A stretch of 64,000 nt of DNA. It comes from Bacilli bacterium. GTDB lineage: Bacteria; Bacillota_I; Bacilli_A; RFN20; CAG-826. The notes beneath the pieces were generated by a model. The model saw only the letters and a list, made by a program, of their open reading frames with translations, made no database searches and was not told the DNA's origin. Position 1 is the first letter of the stretch. Each line of letters starts with the position of its first letter. The stretch covers positions 4,912-68,911 of the forward strand of contig JAZQOV010000011.1 of NCBI GenBank assembly GCA_045628045.1, given 5' to 3'. The position numbers were made by a program, and so were the translations under genes. Below are positions 46,334 through 53,613 of the stretch, piece after piece.

Positions 46334-48325
46334 ATGATTAACTTTGTTAAAGCGATAAAAATAATATGCGCTACTTTTAGCGCACTTACATCAATGTTTG
46401 GCATTAAGCCAAATCATGATAAAAAATACACCTATGTTTCTTTAGGTGATTCCATGTCTACTGGTTTTGGCTTTGATGACTATTATATTGACGACGAAAT
46501 CATTCCGGTTGAATCAATGGAACATTATAGACCAGAAGACGGTCATAAAAATGTTCATGGATTTTTAAGAGAGGCCAAAGAAGCTTATCCAACCTTAGTT
46601 CATTCTTATCTAAAAGATAAATATGGAGAAGAGAATGTTGAGCATATTCAATTAGCGGTTAACGTTACAAGAATTGATGATATTTATTATCATCTTAACA
46701 AAGACGCAAAAACTGACGAATTTTATCAAGCCCTTTTTGAAGATAATGGTCATGGTGATCAATGGAATGATGTTTTTGCTAATAGAGCAAGACAATTTGG
46801 TTACACTACAAATGAAGATAACAACGAAGCTGTAGTTGAAACATACGTAAATTCTATAAAGAAAGCCGATTTAATAACTTTAAATGCTGGATTTAATAAC
46901 TTTGGTTGTTTCTTTAGCGGAAAATTAGGCGACATTATTGAAGGTTTGCCTATTGCCGAAAGCTTTGGAGGTCACGACACTCTCCAAGGATTCTTAGATA
47001 GAACTGGTGTTGATCTTAATATTGGCGAAGTTTATGAGCAAATAAATGATATTTTTCATAGTTACACTGGACTTGATTTAACTTCGTATGAAAAGGTCAA
47101 AGTTGGTGGCTATAACATTAATGTTAAATATTTATTAGAACTCATTGTTACTGCCTTTGCTTCATATTGTTATTATATGAATGAGACCACTAAATTAATT
47201 TATGAATTAAATCCAGATGTTGAATTAGTGGTAATTGGATTATTTAATATCCTAAAGGGTATTAAACTTTCTGTTAATGATATAACAATTGATGTTGGTG
47301 AAATCACTAGCAAGATTTTTGAACTTGTTAATTTACATACAGCCTTAGGAACAGAATGTTCAAATAAATACAAATTCGTGGATTCTACAGATTTAAACGT
47401 TGGTATTCATGCTGAAGATATTGCTAATGGCACAATGGACGAAGAACAAGTAAGACGTGCATACATTGGCTTATACACAATGGCTAAAGAAGTTGGTGTT
47501 GATATTCCAACATTTACTATAGTAAAAGACCAAATTAATGGAGCCATGATTAATTTAGGCAATCTTGATTTTGATATCTCTGAATATATTGTTGATGAAG
47601 ATGAAAATCCATTAACTGATGCTGAGGCTTATGAGACTAAGTGGTTAGCATCATCCTTGGTGTTTGGTGAAGAGAATGCTAACAGCATTAATAGCGTGCT
47701 TAACGAGTATTATGGCGTCATTGATTCACTCTTTAATGTTCTAAAACGCGCCACAAACTCAAAAACAGTCACTTTAGAAGCTCTTTCTAGTTTAGGTGAA
47801 AGTATTTCTGTTGAACAAATTAATAATGGCGATTTTGATGGTTTAATTAATATTTATGTTCGCATTGTTATCAACAATGGAATGTGGAGTCATCCTAACG
47901 AAGAAGGGCACATTGAAATTTCAAAAGCAGTTATTGAAACACTTGAAAGTCATAAAACTGCAAAAGAAGTTGGAGAAGAAAGAATTAGAAACATTCTCAC
48001 TAACATTACTTCTGAAATAGATTCGCTAGTGGATGAGTTAAAAACTCAAATTGGAATTGAGACAAAAACACTTCTTGTAAAGTTTATTGGAGAAAAAGGT
48101 TATGAAAAAGTAATTGAAGTCTCCACAAAAGTTTATAAACTCATTAAAGAATGCATTAGAATTTTGAATTTTATAGATCAATTTTTATCTTTGATAAAAG
48201 AATACAATCCTATTCTTTATAAATTCATCGAAAATTTTAATGGTAATTTGCAAAAATATTTGGTTAATCCATTTATTAAGAAGATTTTATCTTCAAATCG
48301 TTTTTGCAATATTTTATTAGGATAA
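46334..48325 (+). CDS. SGNH/GDSL hydrolase family protein (third paralog)
   Basis: YVSLGDSMSTGFG, LNAGFNNFG, WSHPNEEGH. Confidence 0.75.
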   Translation: MINFVKAIKIICATFSALTSMFGIKPNHDKKYTYVSLGDSMSTGFGFDDYYIDDEIIPVESMEHYRPEDGHKNVHGFLREAKEAYPTLVHSYLKDKYGEENVEHIQLAVNVTRIDDIYYHLNKDAKTDEFYQALFEDNGHGDQWNDVFANRARQFGYTTNEDNNEAVVETYVNSIKKADLITLNAGFNNFGCFFSGKLGDIIEGLPIAESFGGHDTLQGFLDRTGVDLNIGEVYEQINDIFHSYTGLDLTSYEKVKVGGYNINVKYLLELIVTAFASYCYYMNETTKLIYELNPDVELVVIGLFNILKGIKLSVNDITIDVGEITSKIFELVNLHTALGTECSNKYKFVDSTDLNVGIHAEDIANGTMDEEQVRRAYIGLYTMAKEVGVDIPTFTIVKDQINGAMINLGNLDFDISEYIVDEDENPLTDAEAYETKWLASSLVFGEENANSINSVLNEYYGVIDSLFNVLKRATNSKTVTLEALSSLGESISVEQINNGDFDGLINIYVRIVINNGMWSHPNEEGHIEISKAVIETLESHKTAKEVGEERIRNILTNITSEIDSLVDELKTQIGIETKTLLVKFIGEKGYEKVIEVSTKVYKLIKECIRILNFIDQFLSLIKEYNPILYKFIENFNGNLQKYLVNPFIKKILSSNRFCNILLG

Positions 48326-48330
48326 TTATT

Positions 48331-49440
48331 ATGAAAAAGAATAAGGCTTTGGATTTCTTATCAACATCACTTAACGGGATGGCGTATGGTCTTTTTTCTA
48401 CACTTATTATTGGAACAATAATTGCTACAATTGGTTTAATTTTCTCAAATTGGAATAATTCCTTTTGTAACTTTATGGTTGATTTATTAGGAACTAATAA
48501 CGTAAACAAAGGAATATCATTTATACTAAAAAATTTAACTGGTGTTGGAATTGGTGTTGGAATTGCCTTATCTTTAAAGCTTGGTTCTCTTGAAACAATT
48601 ACATTAGGAATAGTTGGTGAAATTGCAGCACTTGCTGGCAAAAATTCTAATGGTTTTCCTGTTATTACTTCAACCTTTGCAGTTGGTGATCCATTGCTTA
48701 TTTTTGTAGCTTGCATTTTGGTTGTTCTACTTTTTAAAGTAGTTTTAAAGAAAAAGACTTCTTTAGATATATTTATAATTCCTCTTTTAGGCGTCGTTGG
48801 AGGCGTTTTAATTACCCTTGTGGCATATTATCCAACTTGGGCAATTACATATGGAATTAGATGGTTAATTTCTGAAGGCACAACACTTATGCCATTCCTC
48901 ATGGGAATTGTAGTCGCTGTATTAATGGGAGTTGCACTTACTGCACCTATTTCTAGTGCGGCAATTGCTGCTATTATCTTTGGCTCAGGAGTTACAATGA
49001 GCGAAGGACTAGCTTTAGCTAGTGGAGCAGCGGTTGTGGGTTGCTCAACTCAAATGATTGGTTTTGCAATTCAATCAATTAGAGATAACAAATTTGGGCA
49101 AGTAGTTTCTGTAGGAATCGGAACTTCTATGCTTCAATTTAAAAATATCATTAAAAAGCCAGTTATTTGGCTTCCAACAATTATTGCGTCTGCTATTTTA
49201 GGTCCAATTTCGACTTGTGTATTAAAGCTTCAATGTTTTGGAGTAGCATCTGGAATGGGTACAGCAGGACTTGTTGGTCAAATTGGAACTTATTCATCAA
49301 TGGGAAATACATGGCAAACCTGGGTTGGAATATTCGGAATGCAGATTATTTTCCCAATGATTCTTGTATTTTTTATTGATCTTATTTTTAGGAAATTTGG
49401 CCTCATTAAGAAGGGTGACTTATCACTAAAAAATGAATAA
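48331..49440 (+). CDS. polytopic membrane protein, PTS EIIC-like (PfoR-type) candidate
   Basis: ATG at 48331; the track start at 48304 overlaps the upstream gene. About 10 TM helices. LNGMAYGLFSTLIIGTI recalls EIIC_2/PfoR proteins; from memory and unverified. Confidence 0.4.
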   Translation: MKKNKALDFLSTSLNGMAYGLFSTLIIGTIIATIGLIFSNWNNSFCNFMVDLLGTNNVNKGISFILKNLTGVGIGVGIALSLKLGSLETITLGIVGEIAALAGKNSNGFPVITSTFAVGDPLLIFVACILVVLLFKVVLKKKTSLDIFIIPLLGVVGGVLITLVAYYPTWAITYGIRWLISEGTTLMPFLMGIVVAVLMGVALTAPISSAAIAAIIFGSGVTMSEGLALASGAAVVGCSTQMIGFAIQSIRDNKFGQVVSVGIGTSMLQFKNIIKKPVIWLPTIIASAILGPISTCVLKLQCFGVASGMGTAGLVGQIGTYSSMGNTWQTWVGIFGMQIIFPMILVFFIDLIFRKFGLIKKGDLSLKNE

Positions 49441-49496
49441 TGAATATTGTTTTTAACAAGTTCTTGCAAAGCAAGAAAAGTTGTTTTTGAAATATT

Positions 49497-49868
49497 CTAG
49501 ATCTTCTTAAAATGTTTCTTAGTCTTCTGTGCGTCTAATAATTCTTTTTCCAATTCTTCTTTCTTTGGGAGATGAGTTATATATTTAGTCACAAAGATTT
49601 GGTTCGTAATATTTCCTAGTGCATATTCTACCTGTATGTGATCATAGTCAGTACACATGACAATACCAACAGGGTCATTGTCGCTCGATTTATTAACGTT
49701 TTCCTTAAAATAATTTAGGTAAGTGTTAATTTGGCCCATTACATCTTTTTTAAATGGAGTGGCTTTTAGCTCAATGAGCACATAACATTTAAGATTTTCA
49801 TTATAGAACACTAAATCGACAAAATATTTCTTGTTATCAATTAAAAATTGATACTGATTATCATTGAA
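49497..49868 (-). pseudogene. DUF1016/YhcG-type PD-(D/E)XK nuclease, C-terminal fragment
   Basis: The frame reads FNDNQYQFLIDNKKYFVDLVFYNENLKCYVLIELKATPFKKDVMGQINTYLNYF.., the nuclease core (D..ELK). It continues the N-fragment at 51240-51887. Confidence 0.75.
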
Positions 49869-49995
49869 CTACCCCCACTTAAACATTCTATGTTTAGAAG
49901 ATGGGGGATTCCTACTCAAGAATCCTCGAGGATTCAGTGTCGATAGGCTAACCCCGTAGTTCCTACGGTTTGGTGGACTACCACTATTGTTTTTG
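49869..49995 (-). ncRNA. candidate TnpB omega/right-end RNA scaffold
   Basis: Unusually GC-rich stretch abutting the tnpB 3' end. Minus-strand hairpins CCGTAG-gaa-CTACGG, GAATCCTCGAGGATTC and CCCCCATCTTCTAAACAT-agaa-TGTTTAAGTGGGGG, ending at the element boundary. Confidence 0.55.
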
Positions 49996-51132
49996 AAGTA
50001 CTAATCTAATTCCTTCTTTTTTGATATTAATTGCTGCATTTATATCTCTATCATGCTTTCTACCACAGATAGGACAAATCCAATCTCTATCATTTAATTC
50101 AAGACTTTTGTTGATGTAACCACAATCACTGCAAGTTTTACTAGACGGAAAGTACCTATCTACTTTTATTAATTCCTTACCTAACCATCTTAATTTGTAA
50201 TCTAGAAAATTGACAAAAGTTCCATATGCTCGATCAGATAGATTTCTGCCCAACTTCATTTTTGTATCTTTTGATTGCATTGATTTCAAATCTAAATTTT
50301 CTACAAAAACATAATCGTATTTATTTGCAATTTTTCTGGATTCTTTATGCAAAAAATCTTTCCTAGAATTTGAAATATGAAGTTGAAGTTTTCTGACTTT
50401 TTGCCAGGATTTAATGGAGTTTTTGCTACCTTTTTGGCATTTTGATGCTCTTCTGGTTAATTTTGCAAGTTTCTCCATTTCGTTTTGAAGATACTTTGGC
50501 ATATCTGCGTGATTGCCATCGCTATCGACATAAAGATGTGACAAAGAAAAATCTAATCCTATTGAGTTGTTGATATCAAGTTTTTCAAGCTTGTCGAATA
50601 ACTCGACGTTTGGATTATCTTCTTCACCAGTCAATGTCACAAAATACATGTTTGCAACTCTAGAGATGGTGACTGTGGTAAAAGAGAATGATTCAGGCAT
50701 CAAACGAGATACTACAACTTTAACTCTGCCTAATTTAGGAATTTGGATTTCGTTACCATCAAGGCGGAGGTTATTGTTGATTTTCATAGTTGTGTAGCTA
50801 TGATCATTTCTTTTGGATTTAAATTTTGGAAAAGAACCTCTATGTTCAAAGAAATTAATATACGCAGCATGTAAATGAATAATGGCTTGTTGCAAAGCAA
50901 CACTATCAACTTCTTTTAAGTATTCATACCCTTCTTTGTAATCAGGAAGTATTTTGACTAAATCAAATTTTCTCAATTTAAAAGAAGGATCTTCCGCGTG
51001 CTTTTCGACACACATTTCAAGAAAATCATTATAGACTTGGCGAACGCATCCTAAAGTTTTCTCAATTTGTTGTTTTTGAGAAGAATTAGGATAGATTCGA
51101 AATTTATAAGCTTTCTTTATTTTCTTTTCCAT
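49984..51132 (-). CDS. tnpB: TnpB (OrfB_IS605) RNA-guided endonuclease
   Basis: RuvC-like IGLDFS, VFVENLDLKSM, RDINAAINI. Zn finger CSDCG...CPICG. N-terminal YKFRIYPN typical of OrfB. Confidence 0.9.
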   Translation of the reverse strand: MEKKIKKAYKFRIYPNSSQKQQIEKTLGCVRQVYNDFLEMCVEKHAEDPSFKLRKFDLVKILPDYKEGYEYLKEVDSVALQQAIIHLHAAYINFFEHRGSFPKFKSKRNDHSYTTMKINNNLRLDGNEIQIPKLGRVKVVVSRLMPESFSFTTVTISRVANMYFVTLTGEEDNPNVELFDKLEKLDINNSIGLDFSLSHLYVDSDGNHADMPKYLQNEMEKLAKLTRRASKCQKGSKNSIKSWQKVRKLQLHISNSRKDFLHKESRKIANKYDYVFVENLDLKSMQSKDTKMKLGRNLSDRAYGTFVNFLDYKLRWLGKELIKVDRYFPSSKTCSDCGYINKSLELNDRDWICPICGRKHDRDINAAINIKKEGIRLVLQKQ

Positions 51133-51239
51133 ACTTATATTATACTATCATTTCTTAAGAAATGATAGTGTTATTTCATTTTTTGCTTGCAATTCATCCC
51201 GCCGCTTTACGAGCTTCAAGCGTGGGTCTTCTTGCTAAA

Positions 51240-51887
51240 TTAGATAAATCTAAAACCTGAGCCTAGTTCTAAAAGGAATTCTTTCATGTGCGTTATAATA
51301 CCTTTTTCAATTTCTTTTTCCCTAAGGTTAAAACCTTTTTTGAAGAAATTAATTACAATCGGATCTACCATTACATCTTTTGGTTCAACAATCTGATTCC
51401 CAAGAGTGGATAATTGATTCTTTTTTGCCTCTATATTTTCTTTTGAGCCCAGTAAGATTCTTTGATAGTATCCCGATTGTATTTGTCTTTTTAAATCCCT
51501 GACAGACCATCTTTGTTTTGCACACTCTATTTCATAGAATTTTCTTTCTTCATCATTTTTTACATTTAGAAGACAAAAGTAATGCCCCCATGATAAAGTG
51601 GGAAACAGTGTTTCCCAATTTTTATATATAATATAAAAATTTAACATTGCTTTAATGTTTCTTCTTGAATACCCAGAGCCGAATTCTTTGGTTAGCTCAT
51701 TAGAAATTGAACTAATCGTGCGCTTTTTATAATCGCTTTTTCCTTTATTGGAGTCGATGTCTTTTTGAATTTGTTCCCCTATATACATATAAAGCTTAAG
51801 TAATTCAGTATTAACGTTATATATGATTTTTGCCTTCGTTGTTTCTATTGCATTTTTTAAATTTATTACTAGTTTATTTTCTTTCAT
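51240..51887 (-). pseudogene. DUF1016/YhcG-type nuclease, N-terminal fragment
   Basis: GGAGGAGG RBS. WSVRDLKRQIQSGYYQRIL and ..FLLELGSGFRFI* match the DUF1016 N-region layout. The stop is created at the IS junction. Confidence 0.75.
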
Positions 51888-51902
51888 AACCTTTCCTCCT
51901 CC

Positions 51903-51993
51903 GGCTTAAGAACATTTTAACATCTCTGAGGCTAACTGATTCCCGTTTTTCATAACACTCTAAAGAACAAAGTTCTTTCTTTTGAAAATTGAC
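51903..51993. repeat. ~91-bp upstream-region repeat, copy Y
   Basis: Homologous to 17328-17419. Palindrome AAAGAAC-aaa-GTTCTTT at 51962-51978. Minus-strand TGtTAAAAT. Confidence 0.7.
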
Positions 51994-52121
51994 TGTTTTA
52001 TGATTATTTTTAGTTTTATTAGATAGGTGAGATTTAATCAATAATGAATATACTTTTATAGAAAAAGTATTTTAAATTCATTATTATATTAGTATAAGTT
52101 TTTAAAAAGAGGCCTTTTATT

Positions 52122-53297
52122 ATGTATGACATTAATATAAAAGTTTGCGAAAATACTAAAGTTTTTATTTTTAATGGTCCTATCGACTCTAACGTTACAG
52201 ACGAAATTAAAAATTTCGTTGAATCGAATTCTTCTGGCTCTGATAGCGTTATTTTTGATATGGAAAAAGTTCCATACATGTCTAGTGCAGGCCTTAGAGT
52301 AGTGCTTAAGACTGCTAAATCAGTAAAAGAATTTGAAGTTATCAATGCTTCTGTAGAGTTATATAACATTTTCGACATGGTTGGGTTTACCCAAATGATC
52401 AAAATTAAGAAAGCCATGAGAGAAATTTCTATCGAAGGAAAAGAACTTATTGGAGAAGGTTATATGGGTAAAGTCTATAGACTTGATCCAGATACAATCA
52501 TCAAAGTATTTAAAAGAACCTCTGATACTTCTGATATCGAAAGAGAAATTTCTTTGGCAAAGAAAGCATTCATTCTTGGAGTTCCTACCGCAATACCTTT
52601 TGACATAGTCAAAGTTAAAGAAGGTGGCTACGGTTCTGTATTTGAACTTCTTAAATCATCTTCATTTAATAAATTATTTATTAATCATCCTGAGAAGGAA
52701 GATGAATACATTAAGATGTACGTGAACATCATTAAGACAATTACTTCTATTGAGGCTAAAAACCCTAGTGAGTTCCCTCGTAAGATAAATGATGCGTTAA
52801 CTTGGGTAAATGGTCTTAAGGAAGCAAAAGCCTATGATGAAGCTACACTTGCTAAACTTGAAAAATTAGTTAACACAATTCCTGAGAGTTCGCACTTAAT
52901 TCATGGTGATTGCCACATCAAAAATATTATGATGCAAGGTGATGAACCATTCCTTATTGATATGGACACTTTGGGTGTTGGGCACACCATATTTGAGTTA
53001 ACTGCAATATTCTTAACTTATATCGGATATCCTGATAAATTCCCAGGAAATGTCCAGGAATTCCTAGGTATTTCCGATGAAACCGCTAAGAAATTATTCT
53101 ATTCAACAATTGATTCTTTATACGCAGATAAATCAAAAGAAGAAAGAAACACAATTGTTGAGAAATGTGCTTTGTTTGGTTATATGTGGTTAACATACAA
53201 GACATTATTATTTGAACCAGAAAATAAAGTAAGACTTGATAACGCAAAAGAGAAAGTTATGAGTCTTATTGATAAATACGACACACTTAATTTTTAA
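52122..53297 (+). CDS. STAS domain fused to an APH/choline-kinase-like phosphotransferase domain
   Basis: AAGAGG RBS. STAS string YMSSAGLRVVL. Kinase strings GEGYMGKVYRL..IIKVFK, HGDCHIKNIMM, LIDMDTLG. Confidence 0.75.
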   Translation: MYDINIKVCENTKVFIFNGPIDSNVTDEIKNFVESNSSGSDSVIFDMEKVPYMSSAGLRVVLKTAKSVKEFEVINASVELYNIFDMVGFTQMIKIKKAMREISIEGKELIGEGYMGKVYRLDPDTIIKVFKRTSDTSDIEREISLAKKAFILGVPTAIPFDIVKVKEGGYGSVFELLKSSSFNKLFINHPEKEDEYIKMYVNIIKTITSIEAKNPSEFPRKINDALTWVNGLKEAKAYDEATLAKLEKLVNTIPESSHLIHGDCHIKNIMMQGDEPFLIDMDTLGVGHTIFELTAIFLTYIGYPDKFPGNVQEFLGISDETAKKLFYSTIDSLYADKSKEERNTIVEKCALFGYMWLTYKTLLFEPENKVRLDNAKEKVMSLIDKYDTLNF

Positions 53298-53315
53298 TGA
53301 AAGAAGGACACGAAA

Positions 53316-53612
53316 ATGGAAATAAACAAACTTGTAGAGAAAGACACTCTCACACTTGCTATTGAAGGAAGACTTGATACTTTAACATCTCCAACCCTTC
53401 AAGAAACAATTAATTCATCACTTGAAGGCATTGTTCATTTAGTAATTGATCTAAAGAAAGTTGTCTATATTTCGAGTGCCGGATTAAGAGTAATTTTAAG
53501 TGCACAAAAATTAATGAATACGAAAGGTGATATGGTTGTAAAAAATTGTTCAGCTGAAGTCCTTGAAGTTTTTGAAATGACAGGATTTACTGAGATTTTA
53601 ACGATAAAATAA
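53316..53612 (+). CDS. STAS-domain anti-sigma-factor antagonist (SpoIIAA/RsbV-like)
   Basis: 98 aa. LAIEGRLDT.T...L, YISSAGLRVIL, EVFEMTGF. Confidence 0.85.
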   Translation: MEINKLVEKDTLTLAIEGRLDTLTSPTLQETINSSLEGIVHLVIDLKKVVYISSAGLRVILSAQKLMNTKGDMVVKNCSAEVLEVFEMTGFTEILTIK

Positions 53613-53613
53613 T

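Larger units (their letters stand above)
49869..51239 (-). mobile_element. IS200/IS605-family element carrying tnpB only (no tnpA); ends approximate to +/-10 bp
   Basis: Interrupts the DUF1016 frame between ..GSGFRFI and FNDNQYQF.. Imperfect subterminal hairpin at the tnpB-proximal (left) end, CCCACGCTT..AAGCGGCGGG (about 51195-51225). Structured region at the distal end. Confidence 0.75.
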
